The notes: generated by a model not told the origin, from the sequence alone. A DNA stretch of 64,000 bases from a bacterium (GCA_963675755.2 CAXXMD010000002.1:2144001-2208000), one strand, 5' to 3'; counted from the first letter of the stretch, positions 43,780-54,188 are shown. Numbers and translations: made by a program.

Positions 43780-45063
43780 TCATAAACCTGCCGCTTTTTT
43801 AAACGGAATGATTCGCGCACGTATCGTCTTGCTTTTCTTGTTCCGGTTATTGCGTTGTTTTGCAAATACATGCTCATATGCTTCAATTAAAGCCTTGTTG
43901 GTATGCGCCCAGCTCAGTTTATTTCGCACCCTTTCGTATCCAAACTTGCCCATCTGTTTACTTTGCGCAGGATTATCTAAAAGATAGGTGATGTGACGTC
44001 CAAACTCTTGTATATCGTTTGGCTGCGCGTACAGTGCCGCATCATCAGCTGAATAACGGGATTCTACCAGGTCAAAGCTTACAATCGGTTTTGCAAAAGC
44101 CATATATTCTAAAATCTTGTTCATGGTAGAATAATTTGACCACTCTGTCAACGGATCAGGATCAACACACACATCTGCCGATGACAGGTACCTGCACAGA
44201 TCATCATCCGGTAATCTACCGGTAAAATTAACATATGCCTGCTGCCCCATATCCTCACTCATCTTTTTAAAATCAGGTTGGGCAGGGCCTCCGCCAATCA
44301 TGGTAAACTGGATGTCTGTACGTCCCAATTCATCATGTATATACTGAACGGACTTTAATAAATAATCCACACCATCCTGCGGGCACATTTCGCCCAAATA
44401 ACAAACCAGAAAGGATTTTCCTTTTTTCAGTTTCTCATCTACTGGTTGAATACGCAAGCGCTCCAAATCAGGGCCGGTTCTCAGAACAAAAATATCCTCT
44501 TCATTGCGTTTGCCGCGTTCAATAGCTTTTTGCTTATAAGAGCGGTTGGTTGTCATGATCACATCCGCGCTTTTCAGACTCGACCGTTCAAGCAGCAACA
44601 ATGCTTTGTATAAAAATCCACCATTTCGATCATACTTGGCCAAATACATTTCAGGAGCCAGGTCATGATGATCAAACACATACTTTTTACCAAAGGCTTT
44701 GTAAATCAAACCTAATAAAAAGAATGTATCAGGAGGATTACAAGCCTGAATCACATCAAATCCTTCTTTAACGAGAATCCTGACAGACAGCAAAGCAGTC
44801 ATGATCCATGCATACAAAAATTCAAAAATATAACCCAAAAGTCCCTGGGCATCTACCGGCATGGTATAACGATATATGGAAATGCCATCCAGTCGAATAA
44901 ATTTCTCCGGATTTTCCTTAGACCGCGGACAGATTACAGAAACGCCATAACCATTATCTTTGAGTTTTTGTGCTTCCAGCCATACGCGCCTGTCAAAAGG
45001 CACGGGCAGGTTTTGCACAATAATCAAAATTTTACCGGCAGAGGTCTTCATAATCCCATCCAT
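43780..45063 (-). CDS. Glycosyltransferase family 4
   Basis: QNLPVPFDRRVWLEA, FDHHDL, QDGVD and NKILEYMA motifs. Confidence 0.9.
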   Translation of the reverse strand: MDGIMKTSAGKILIIVQNLPVPFDRRVWLEAQKLKDNGYGVSVICPRSKENPEKFIRLDGISIYRYTMPVDAQGLLGYIFEFLYAWIMTALLSVRILVKEGFDVIQACNPPDTFFLLGLIYKAFGKKYVFDHHDLAPEMYLAKYDRNGGFLYKALLLLERSSLKSADVIMTTNRSYKQKAIERGKRNEEDIFVLRTGPDLERLRIQPVDEKLKKGKSFLVCYLGEMCPQDGVDYLLKSVQYIHDELGRTDIQFTMIGGGPAQPDFKKMSEDMGQQAYVNFTGRLPDDDLCRYLSSADVCVDPDPLTEWSNYSTMNKILEYMAFAKPIVSFDLVESRYSADDAALYAQPNDIQEFGRHITYLLDNPAQSKQMGKFGYERVRNKLSWAHTNKALIEAYEHVFAKQRNNRNKKSKTIRARIIPFKKAAGL

Positions 45064-46348
45064 TTTGAGTTTTGAATCTGTCTTTGGCTATTCCGGTCAA
45101 ATCGACTATTTTTATCTCTTTATTGATCCGCTTTTCCAGTCCTTCTGTGTCAGTGCTTCCCAGCACCAGTACCTGGCACTGCTCCAGCAACTCAGACTCC
45201 GAGCTTACCAGAATAGATTCAAATTGCGGCAGCATATTGCTCAAATACTCTTTATTGGTTCCCATCAGATTGGCTTTATTGACATTCTCGTCATAAACCA
45301 GCACTTTAAAATGAGCATCAATCAACTTTTTAATCAACATAACATAGGGACTCTCACGTACATCATCCGTATCGGATTTGAAACTGATCCCTCTAAATCC
45401 CACACAGGTCTTGCCGGCTTGGGCAATGCTGTCAAAAGCAAAATCAATATGACGCAAATTGCTCTCTATTGTGGAATGCAGTAATGGCAAAGAGACACCA
45501 TTAGACTCTCCCTTGTGGGTTATAGTCCGTAAATCCTTGGGTAAACAGGAGCCGCCAAACGCAAAACCCGGATTCAAATAGGCGGATGACAGATTGAGTT
45601 TGTTGTCATTCAGAAAAAGTTCAATAACCTTGTCTGTATCCAGTCCCAGGGATTTGCACAACCGTCCTATTTCATTGGCAAAGGTCACTTTGACAGCATG
45701 AAAAGAATTATCTACATATTTAATAAACGATGCCTCGTCAATACCCGTATAAAAAATGGTATCTGTCAGAGGTTCATAAAGTTTTTCAAGCATCATTTTA
45801 CTGTGTTCATCTGTTACAGCCGCAACGGTTTTAGCAGGATGATAAAAATCATAAACACCACTGCCTTCACGTAAAAACTCGGGATTCACAGCAAAACCAA
45901 ATTGATCACCCGCCTTTTTCCCGGAACAGGCTTCCAATGTGGGTACGGTCAACTCTTTAACATAACCAGGCAAAATGGTGCTGCGCAGCACAACGGTAAC
46001 AAAATCATTTTTGTCACGCATGGCTGTACCAATATCCATACATACCCGTTCAACCTGTTTGTAATCAACGCCACCGCGGCCATTATCCGGGGTGCCTACG
46101 CAAATCACAATCACTTCAGATTCTGCAATAGCTTCGCCTGCATCCTGGGTAGCTTTAAGATTGCCTTTTACAACCTGATCAGAGATAATTCGTTCCAGCT
46201 CTTTTTCAACAATGGGTGATTGACCTTGATTGATCATGGTCACTTTGCGAAAACTGATATCCACGCCCGTCACCTGATGCCCAACCTGTGCGAAACATGC
46301 TGCGGTAACACATCCGGTATATCCCAAACCAAATACACTGACTTTCAT
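45032..46348 (-). CDS. Nucleotide-sugar dehydrogenase (GDP-mannose 6-dehydrogenase AlgD-like / UDP-glucose dehydrogenase family)
   Basis: GLGYTG, CVGTP, NPEFLREG, FGGSCLPKD and DDVRESP motifs. Confidence 0.9.
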   Translation of the reverse strand: MKVSVFGLGYTGCVTAACFAQVGHQVTGVDISFRKVTMINQGQSPIVEKELERIISDQVVKGNLKATQDAGEAIAESEVIVICVGTPDNGRGGVDYKQVERVCMDIGTAMRDKNDFVTVVLRSTILPGYVKELTVPTLEACSGKKAGDQFGFAVNPEFLREGSGVYDFYHPAKTVAAVTDEHSKMMLEKLYEPLTDTIFYTGIDEASFIKYVDNSFHAVKVTFANEIGRLCKSLGLDTDKVIELFLNDNKLNLSSAYLNPGFAFGGSCLPKDLRTITHKGESNGVSLPLLHSTIESNLRHIDFAFDSIAQAGKTCVGFRGISFKSDTDDVRESPYVMLIKKLIDAHFKVLVYDENVNKANLMGTNKEYLSNMLPQFESILVSSESELLEQCQVLVLGSTDTEGLEKRINKEIKIVDLTGIAKDRFKTQNGWDYEDLCR

Positions 46349-47746
46349 TTAATCCATCTCCAAAGCTTCATACGGGTTTACACGGGAAACGACAGACTTT
46401 ATCTTGCCTCGTCCGCCGCGGGGTATTTCATTCACATATTCTATTTCAATGTTCATCGATTTGCCTACACGTTCTTCAACCTTTTGCCGCAGGTATTCAT
46501 CATCAATGATTTCATATTGCTCATCCGGAATGATCCTCAGAATAAGCTCCTGCCGGTTCGGTTGATAGATTTGCGCCTGCAGTATGGAATCAACGCCCTT
46601 AAATACATGGTCCATCCTTCCCACAAGCCTTCCTTCCGGTGTTACGATATAATCATCTATACGTCCGCCAATAGCTGATACTTGGGGATATTGTCTTCCG
46701 CACGGGCAAGCATCATTTTTATCAACAGTCACAACATCTCCGGTCCGGTAACGGAACAGCGGCATGGCCTTGTTATTGAGACCGCTTGCAATAAGTTCGT
46801 AAAGATTCGATACCTGGTCTTTAATGGGTAACAGTTCAACAATCCCATACTCGGGGATGATATGATACCTGCCATACTCACAGGTATGGATAGCTGCTAC
46901 TCGTTCCGCATGACCGTAATAATCATAAACCTTGCACTCGAAAATCTTTTCAATGGTATCCTTTTGTTCCATGCTCAAAGTCTCGGATGAGGTTAATACT
47001 GCTTTTAACGGGAACACCATGCCCAAATTTTCAAGCATTCTGGCCAGTACATAAATAGATGAAGGATATCCATCCAATGCAACCGGTTTGTATCGTTTCA
47101 GTGCATCAATATAATGTCCGGCATGATTCATGGACAAATGAAACGAGGACATGACCAGCCTGTTATCAGCTTTGCTCAATAACCAGCATTTTCGGTTATT
47201 GGCAATTGCCGATGGTAAAATATCTCCCTTGAGAATACCAATGCGTTCCCGGGGATCTATGCCGGCCCATTGGTACTGCCGCATAATGACAGCATGCTCA
47301 AAACCAATATTTGAAAGATTCCGGTACAACGTTAAGGGAGTACCAGAGGTACCGCTTGTATAGCATTTATACAATAAAAATCGTTTATAATGTTTAGAGA
47401 CAAACCGTTCCGGCGCTTGCTGTACATATTCTTTTTCAACAACCGGCAGCTGATACATGTCATCGGTAGTCCAGATCTCATCTATTGAATCTTTGTTTTG
47501 TTTATAAAAATCATTATAAAATGGCACATACTGAAAAGCACGTGACAAATATGCTTTAAACTTTTGGTTCTGGTACTCGTTCAAATCTTCCAGGGACCAC
47601 CATTGCGATTTTTCAAGAAATGCTGAATATCGGCGATATGGCGCAAGTCTGCGTTTCACCCAGACATGGCGCAATGCATTTATTTGTAATCCGATATTTT
47701 GTTTTTTTCCAAACATTTCTGTAAACCTGTTATGCGTCCCATACAT
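46349..47746 (-). CDS. Phenylacetate-CoA ligase-family protein (CapK-like, capsule-associated)
   Basis: TSGTSGTP, DYYGHAE, FRYRTGD and GRIDD motifs. Confidence 0.85.
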   Translation of the reverse strand: MYGTHNRFTEMFGKKQNIGLQINALRHVWVKRRLAPYRRYSAFLEKSQWWSLEDLNEYQNQKFKAYLSRAFQYVPFYNDFYKQNKDSIDEIWTTDDMYQLPVVEKEYVQQAPERFVSKHYKRFLLYKCYTSGTSGTPLTLYRNLSNIGFEHAVIMRQYQWAGIDPRERIGILKGDILPSAIANNRKCWLLSKADNRLVMSSFHLSMNHAGHYIDALKRYKPVALDGYPSSIYVLARMLENLGMVFPLKAVLTSSETLSMEQKDTIEKIFECKVYDYYGHAERVAAIHTCEYGRYHIIPEYGIVELLPIKDQVSNLYELIASGLNNKAMPLFRYRTGDVVTVDKNDACPCGRQYPQVSAIGGRIDDYIVTPEGRLVGRMDHVFKGVDSILQAQIYQPNRQELILRIIPDEQYEIIDDEYLRQKVEERVGKSMNIEIEYVNEIPRGGRGKIKSVVSRVNPYEALEMD

Positions 47747-47920
47747 GCCACAATTTACATCAACTTGTCAAAACCCAATTACAAAATTGAGGCACACAGT
47801 AAACACTTTTCGAAACCATCACTGCCGTATCTTACGGCACCTTAAATCGTAAATCCAATAAAAACAGTTCATTGTAATCAAATTTTTATTTCTATATTAC
47901 TTACAACCATACTTGCTTTT

Positions 47921-47936
47921 TCAAAAGTTATGCCAA
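47921..47936 (-). promoter_or_regulatory. Possible sigma-54 promoter (variant -12) for the glycan/PorU run
   Basis: TTGGCATAACTTTTGA has GG-N10-GA spacing, with one mismatch at -12. Confidence 0.35.
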
Positions 47937-48010
47937 AGACAAAATAGGGAATAATGCAAAATACGTCAATAATTATCTTACTTTTAGTAAAAATTTAAAA
48001 ATTATATATC

Positions 48011-48039
48011 TTGACATTCTGAATTAGCATGGTTAATTT
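48011..48039 (+). promoter_or_regulatory. Sigma-70-type promoter of the GT2-alr-omp85 unit
   Basis: TTGACA-17 bp-TAATTT. Confidence 0.55.
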
Positions 48040-48061
48040 TATTGCAAAAACAACAAAAGGT

Positions 48062-48718
48062 ATGAACAGCATTCCCCAAATATCCATAATTATGCCGGTA
48101 TATAACCGAAAAATCCTGATTAACAGGGCCATTGATTCAATCATGGAACAGACCCTGACGGATTGGGAACTGTTGGTCATGGATGACGGAAGCACTGATG
48201 GTGTGGAATCGCTTGTTTTTCCTCTTGTTGAAAAACACCGCAATATACGCTACAGCAAGCACAGCAATCGTGGTGTGGCGCTGACCCGCAACCTCGGTAT
48301 ATTGGCTGCACAGGGAGAGTTTATCACATTTCTGGATTCAGACGATGAATACAAACCCGATCACCTGCAGCTGCGTTATAATTATATGAATCAACACCCC
48401 GAAACAGACCTCCTTCACGGAGGTGTAGAACTGTTTGGCCCGCCTGAATCTCATTATGTCCAAGATGCGTTTGATCCCAATAAAAAAATTCACCTCAGCG
48501 AATGTTATATCGGCGCGACAATTTTCGGAAAAAAAACGGTCATGCTGCACGATGGTGGTTTCAAAGCACTGCCCTACTCTTCCGAATCTGAATTTGTACC
48601 CAGAATTATGAAACATTTTACAGTTAATAAAGTAGATTATCCTACATACATCTATTATACTGGATTAGCAGACAGTATCTGTACCAGGAAGCAAAAAGGA
48701 AAAAACAACAGGTCATGA
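48062..48718 (+). CDS. Glycosyltransferase family 2
   Basis: ISIIMPVYN, MDDGSTD and FLDSDD motifs. ATG 48062 follows AAAGG. Confidence 0.88.
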   Translation: MNSIPQISIIMPVYNRKILINRAIDSIMEQTLTDWELLVMDDGSTDGVESLVFPLVEKHRNIRYSKHSNRGVALTRNLGILAAQGEFITFLDSDDEYKPDHLQLRYNYMNQHPETDLLHGGVELFGPPESHYVQDAFDPNKKIHLSECYIGATIFGKKTVMLHDGGFKALPYSSESEFVPRIMKHFTVNKVDYPTYIYYTGLADSICTRKQKGKNNRS

Positions 48719-49905
48719 ACAAACAAAGCCAATCCTTGTTTGACGAAAACATATTTCGCCCGGCCTGGATCGAGATCGATCTGGATGCCATAAAACACAA
48801 CTATCAGCAAATCCGAAACCATCTGCAAACCCAAATACTCGCTGTAGTCAAAGCCGATGCCTACGGCCTGGGTGCGGTCCCAATCTCCAGGACGCTGGAA
48901 AAAGCCGGCGTAGATCGCCTGGGCGTAGTAATGCTTGACGAAGCAGTAGAGTTGCGCAATGCTGGCATCCAAACCCCCATCGTAAACATGGGGTCCTTTC
49001 TTGCGTCTTTGGCCCCGCTTGTTGTAAAACATGATATTGAACAAGTTGTTTACAAAGTGGACGATGCCCTGGCACTGTCAAATGCTGCAGTCAAAGCAAA
49101 CAAAACCTTGCCTATTCATTTCAAAATAGATACCGGCATGTCCCGGTACGGTGTTCATTTTTCTCAAGCTGTAGATACATTATTAAAAATCTCCTCTTTT
49201 CCCAATCTGGAGATCAGAGGAATCATGACCCATTTTCCCGTTTCAGATGCAATAGACAAAAGCTTTGCTCTGCTGCAGATTGAACGCATGAGACATATTA
49301 AAAAGCAACTGGATGCTCGCAATATCAACATACCCATCTGGCACATGGCAAACAGCGGCGCCACGCTGGATATACCGGCATCTCACTTGAACATGGTACG
49401 CGTGGGACTCATGTTCTATGGCTATTATCCCTCTGACGATGTTGTCATGCCCTACGATCTAAAACCCGCCATGAGTTTGAAAGCCAAAATTGTCAATGTC
49501 AAAAACATTTCCCGTGGAGACACGGTGGGCTATGGACGCAGGTTTTTGGCAGAAAAAGACGAGCGTATTGGAATCCTGCCCATGGGTTATTCCGACGGTT
49601 ATGATCGCAAAATCGGTCGTAACGGTGGTGAGGTGCTGATACATGGTAAGCGCGTACCCATAATCAGCGGACTGTGTATGGATGCGTTTTTCATCAAACT
49701 TACTGATTTCCCGGATGTCCATGAAGGAGATACGGTAGTCATCATGGGATTTGATAGAGATGAAGAAATATCCCCTCATGAAATTGCAACAAAAACCGGT
49801 TCGGTATCGTATGAGGTCATATCCAATTTTAGTAAAAGATTGCCAAGGGTTTATTTGCAAAATGGTGAAATAACCGAAATCAAAAATTACCTGATCAATC
49901 ATTAA
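48715..49905 (+). CDS. alr: Alanine racemase
   Basis: AVVKADAYG (PLP Lys), KIDTGMSR, VGYG, GYSDG and CMD motifs. Confidence 0.95.
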   Translation: MNKQSQSLFDENIFRPAWIEIDLDAIKHNYQQIRNHLQTQILAVVKADAYGLGAVPISRTLEKAGVDRLGVVMLDEAVELRNAGIQTPIVNMGSFLASLAPLVVKHDIEQVVYKVDDALALSNAAVKANKTLPIHFKIDTGMSRYGVHFSQAVDTLLKISSFPNLEIRGIMTHFPVSDAIDKSFALLQIERMRHIKKQLDARNINIPIWHMANSGATLDIPASHLNMVRVGLMFYGYYPSDDVVMPYDLKPAMSLKAKIVNVKNISRGDTVGYGRRFLAEKDERIGILPMGYSDGYDRKIGRNGGEVLIHGKRVPIISGLCMDAFFIKLTDFPDVHEGDTVVIMGFDRDEEISPHEIATKTGSVSYEVISNFSKRLPRVYLQNGEITEIKNYLINH

Positions 49906-49929
49906 TTTTTTGAATATATCGGAGTGTAT

Positions 49930-52812
49930 ATGAATATTAACAAACCGGCTTTTCTGGTTCTGCTACTCTCTGTCTGCTCATGGGCCGGAAACGGGTTCTA
50001 CTCTTATTATAATGGACGCAACCATTCTGAATTAAAATGGCAGGTTATCGAAACCGAACACGCCAAAATCATGTATCATCAGGATCTGGAAGATGAGGCC
50101 AAACAAGCGGCAAAAGCAGCCGAGGTATGCTATGGCCCCATTACCCAAAACCTGGATCATGAACCACCAAACAAAATCCCTATTTTTATTTCAGATCAGG
50201 ATGATATAACAAACGGTTTTTCAGTAGCCAATAAATTTATTGCCATTTGGGTGAATGTGAATGATTATACAGACTGGACTACCGGCAGCGACAAATGGAT
50301 GCGCATGGTAATTGGACACGAAATGGTACACTATATCCATTTTTCAGCCATCAATACCTGGATGGGTCTGGTGGGCTTTGGATTTAGCGGAACACCCAGT
50401 TGGTTTCTGGAAGGAATGGCCCAGTACGAGTCCGAGACCTGGAACGTTCATCGCGGAGATCTATTGCTTCGTACCGCTGTCATTGAAGATGAAATGGATT
50501 TTAGTTCTGGCAAATGGATTACCAATGGACGTCTCATGTACGCTGAAGGCAATTCCATTGTGCGCTATATTGCGGACCAGTATGGGGACAGTACCCTGGT
50601 GAAAATTCTGAATGAACGTCAAAAGACCCTGTGGATTCCCCGTTACAGTTTTGCGGCTTCATTCAAAAAAGCACTGGATATTGATTCTTTTGATGAATTT
50701 TATCGTGAATGGCGCCGCCATGTAAATATTTATTACAACACCTATTATGGACAAAAAGAAGATATAAACGACTATGCAAAATCTCTTGATCTGCCTCTGG
50801 TATACATCAAAGGCCTGCAAATATCGCCCAATGAAGAATGGCTCTCGGTTTCAGGTATCACCAATCTTGATGAACCTTTGAATAAACTCTGCATTGTAAA
50901 AAATGATTCTACAAAAGAAACACACATATTGGTACAAAGCAATGCCGGTAATCATTTTTCTTTTTCACCAGACGGATCACAAATCGCATACTCGCGAATC
51001 CGTCGCGGCGAGCATGGTTCATTGCAAAGTGACCTGTTTATAACCGATTTGGATGGCAATAGCAAGCGTATCACTCAAGACGCTGGCGCTGAACAACCGG
51101 ACTGGTCACCTGATGGATCAACACTGGTTTGCATCAAGGAAGAAAAAGGCACCACAAACCTGTATACCCTGGCGCCCAATGGTTCCGACTTTAAACAGCT
51201 CACACATTTTTCAGGGGATGTACAGCTCCAAACCCCGCGCTGGTCCCCGGATGGCAAATCCATTATCGCTGCTATCTTTGATGAAAGCGGGAAACGAGAC
51301 ATTGCCCTGGTAGATGCGAAAACCGGCAGCATGACAAAGCTCACCAATGATGAGCAGGACGACCGCTCTCCGGTCTGGTCTCCGGATGGGAACAATGTCG
51401 CGTTTACCAGTTATCGCGGCGGTACGCCCGATGTTTATACCGTACCTGTAAATGCATCTGCTTCTGACAGTATCGGTATCCGTCAGGTTACGGATGTTCC
51501 CGGTGGTCTTTACAGCATTGATTGGGTTCAGGACAGCCTGGTAACCATCCTGAACGATTCCCGTCGTAAAACCGTTGCCATGAAACTGTCTCCTAACCGT
51601 GAACCGGAATCCATGCCGCTAAGCATCAATCCACGCTACACCTCGTGGATGACACACAGACCCCCGCATGATATTCCCCCACTGGACATTAAAGATCAGG
51701 ATGAACCGGTTATTTTAAAACAATATAAATACAGTCCGTTAAAAAACATTCAACATTATATGACCATACCGGTCCCGTCAAATCTCAACGATTCGTGGGG
51801 ATTCTATTTTATGACCTATTGGACCGAACCGCTGGTAAAACACAACTTTACCGGATTTGGTTTCTTTGATGTGGAACAGCCCAAAGACAGCCGGTTTTTG
51901 GTTTCGTACATCAACAAAACCTTTTACCCCACAATTTACACAACACTGCTGCGCATGCCGTCAACCGGTCAGATTATTGATGACAAACTGCTGGTTGAAG
52001 AAACTGTTGGAGGCGTAATAGATATTGAATTTCCGCTTGATTTTGGAGACAACCTCTACTCTAATCATACTTTTTCAGTTAACGGCCAATGGTTAAAAAA
52101 TGATCCCTATGATGTTGAGGATTTCAAAGATTCAGTAATTCCGGTTGAAAAAACCACAATTGGTGAATTCGGTTTTGCGTACACCTGGAAAAAGCAGCGA
52201 CCCAACTATAACAACATTATCCATCCCTCCCAGGGAATGGGATTTCAGGTACAAGCCTCATTCGCGGATAAAAAATGGAACAGTGACCTGACTTATAAAC
52301 ACGCCCTGGCAGACGGGTATATCAATATTCCCTTTCCGGATGAAACCAGCATAATCTATATTCGTGCCAAAGGTGAAGCGGCAGATGGCAGATTACCTTC
52401 TCAACACTTTATCGGCTTTGACAAGTATGATCAACCCGATTTTGGTATGGGACTCAAATTCTCTGAACGCGAAAGACTGCGTGGTATTAAACAATATCTG
52501 TTTGGTGATCGTTTGTGGATGGCAACAGTAGAATACCGTATGGACCTGATCCCGGATCTGGGCTGGCAGGCAGCAGGAGTAAGACTGGGACGCGTAACCC
52601 TGGCCGGTTTTGCAGATTTTGGCTCCACCTGGTTTAATGGAGAAACCGCATTGAGTGACGCGGACATTCACAAAACCTACGGCGTTGAATTTAAAAATGC
52701 AGTGGATTTTGGCGGATTCGTTTTTGCTCACGAATACGGCTGGGCGTGGCTCTGGGACGACAACACAGACGCGGAAGCATACTATCGCATTCGCGCGGTT
52801 GTACCGTTCTAA
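49930..52812 (+). CDS. Gluzincin-like domain, TolB/PD40 propeller and Omp85-like C-terminal barrel
   Basis: HEMVH plus WFLEGMAQY, repeated (W/F)SPDG, RLRG loop motif and terminal Phe. Confidence 0.78.
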   Translation: MNINKPAFLVLLLSVCSWAGNGFYSYYNGRNHSELKWQVIETEHAKIMYHQDLEDEAKQAAKAAEVCYGPITQNLDHEPPNKIPIFISDQDDITNGFSVANKFIAIWVNVNDYTDWTTGSDKWMRMVIGHEMVHYIHFSAINTWMGLVGFGFSGTPSWFLEGMAQYESETWNVHRGDLLLRTAVIEDEMDFSSGKWITNGRLMYAEGNSIVRYIADQYGDSTLVKILNERQKTLWIPRYSFAASFKKALDIDSFDEFYREWRRHVNIYYNTYYGQKEDINDYAKSLDLPLVYIKGLQISPNEEWLSVSGITNLDEPLNKLCIVKNDSTKETHILVQSNAGNHFSFSPDGSQIAYSRIRRGEHGSLQSDLFITDLDGNSKRITQDAGAEQPDWSPDGSTLVCIKEEKGTTNLYTLAPNGSDFKQLTHFSGDVQLQTPRWSPDGKSIIAAIFDESGKRDIALVDAKTGSMTKLTNDEQDDRSPVWSPDGNNVAFTSYRGGTPDVYTVPVNASASDSIGIRQVTDVPGGLYSIDWVQDSLVTILNDSRRKTVAMKLSPNREPESMPLSINPRYTSWMTHRPPHDIPPLDIKDQDEPVILKQYKYSPLKNIQHYMTIPVPSNLNDSWGFYFMTYWTEPLVKHNFTGFGFFDVEQPKDSRFLVSYINKTFYPTIYTTLLRMPSTGQIIDDKLLVEETVGGVIDIEFPLDFGDNLYSNHTFSVNGQWLKNDPYDVEDFKDSVIPVEKTTIGEFGFAYTWKKQRPNYNNIIHPSQGMGFQVQASFADKKWNSDLTYKHALADGYINIPFPDETSIIYIRAKGEAADGRLPSQHFIGFDKYDQPDFGMGLKFSERERLRGIKQYLFGDRLWMATVEYRMDLIPDLGWQAAGVRLGRVTLAGFADFGSTWFNGETALSDADIHKTYGVEFKNAVDFGGFVFAHEYGWAWLWDDNTDAEAYYRIRAVVPF

Positions 52813-52829
52813 AAATTAGAAAAACACGG

Positions 52830-52950
52830 ACCCGGAATATCCACCGCAGGTGGATGTATCAACGGGCTGTGTCCTGAGTATCTACCGCAGGTGGATTTAT
52901 CGAAGGACTGTGTCCTGAGTATCCACCGCAGGTGGATGTATCGAAGGACA
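52830..52950 (+). repeat. Three tandem 41-bp palindromic units, family A
   Basis: Consensus GTCCTGAGTATCCACCGCAGGTGGATGTATCGAAGGACTGT, with no unique spacers. Confidence 0.9.
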
Positions 52951-53034
52951 TTTAAGAATTACTCTCTACTTAAATTCTAGTGGGACATAAAAAGCTTTAC
53001 GTTGTGAATGATTATAAAAATAAAGGAACATTCC

Positions 53035-54126
53035 ATGTCAACCATAAAACGAGTAGGCGTTCTAACAGGCGGTGGTGACTGTCCCGGACTCAATGCAGTC
53101 ATCCGTGCGGTAGCCAAAGCATTGATAACAAAATATGACATAGAGGTTATTGGTATTGAAGATGGATTTGAAGGCCTGGTACACAATCGTATGCGTAACC
53201 TGACTTATGATGCAGTATCCGGTATATTACAAAGCGGCGGCACAATCCTGGGCACATCAAACAAGGCCAATCCCTTTAGCTACCCTGTTGAAGAAAATGG
53301 CAAGTCCGTGCTCAAAGACCTGAGCGACCAATCAATTGAAAATGCTAAAGCAGCCGGCATGGATGCTCTTGTCTGCATTGGCGGTGACGGCACCATGACC
53401 ATCGCAAGCCAGCTGATAGATAAAGGGCTACCCCTGATTGGTGTACCTAAAACCATCGACAATGATCTGTATGGTACTGATGTTACATTTGGATATGATA
53501 CAGCCGTATCCATTGCTGCGGAAGCAATTGACCGCATCCATACAACCGCACAGTCCCATCACCGTGTGATGCTGGTAGAGATCATGGGCCGCTATGCAGG
53601 ATGGCTCACCCTTGGCGCCGGTATTGCCGGCGGCGCAGACGTAATCATCATCCCCGAGATCGAATACAATCTGGATGCAATATGCGATGTTGTTGTCAAA
53701 CGCAGTAAAAAAGGCCGCCGGTTCAGCATTATAGCAGTGGCAGAAGGTGCAAAACCGCAAGGCGGCGAACTGACTGTCAGCCGAGTGGTTAAGGACAGTC
53801 CCGAAGCACTCAGACTTGGCGGTATTTCCGTAAAACTGGGCAATGACATTGAAGATCAAACCGGACTTGTAACCCGTGCAACCATTCTGGGCCATTTGCA
53901 GCGTGGCGGTACACCCACCGCATATGACCGTATTCTTTCTTCACGTTACGGCGTCGGCGCCGCGGACCTCATCGGTTCCGGTAACCTGAACCGCATGGTA
54001 GCCCTGCAAGGCAACGAGATCACCTCTGTGCCCATTACAGATATTGGCGGCAAAACCCGCAAAGTAGAAATGGATGATGAATTAATAGAGGTAGCCAAAA
54101 AAGTCGGCACCAATATGGGGATTTAG
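53035..54126 (+). CDS. pfkA: 6-phosphofructokinase (group III type)
   Basis: TGGGDCPG, GGDG, PKTIDND, EIMGR and GHLQRGG motifs. Confidence 0.95.
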   Translation: MSTIKRVGVLTGGGDCPGLNAVIRAVAKALITKYDIEVIGIEDGFEGLVHNRMRNLTYDAVSGILQSGGTILGTSNKANPFSYPVEENGKSVLKDLSDQSIENAKAAGMDALVCIGGDGTMTIASQLIDKGLPLIGVPKTIDNDLYGTDVTFGYDTAVSIAAEAIDRIHTTAQSHHRVMLVEIMGRYAGWLTLGAGIAGGADVIIIPEIEYNLDAICDVVVKRSKKGRRFSIIAVAEGAKPQGGELTVSRVVKDSPEALRLGGISVKLGNDIEDQTGLVTRATILGHLQRGGTPTAYDRILSSRYGVGAADLIGSGNLNRMVALQGNEITSVPITDIGGKTRKVEMDDELIEVAKKVGTNMGI

Positions 54127-54133
54127 ACCCGGA

Positions 54134-54166
54134 TCCTGAGTTTCTACCACATGTGGAGTATCAAAA
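54134..54166 (+). repeat. Degenerate family A unit
   Basis: TCCTGAGTTTCTACCACATGTGGAGTATCAAAA. Confidence 0.5.
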
Positions 54167-54188
54167 AACATTTCCATAATATCTATAT

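Noticed and set aside
47823-47839. Hairpin TGCCGTA-TCT-TACGGCA in the capK leader as a riboswitch or terminator
   Set aside because: No recognisable aptamer consensus and no U-tract in the sense direction.
52830-52950. Possible CRISPR array
   Set aside because: Units are head-to-tail with no unique spacers, no cas genes are nearby, and the same unit occurs dispersed elsewhere.
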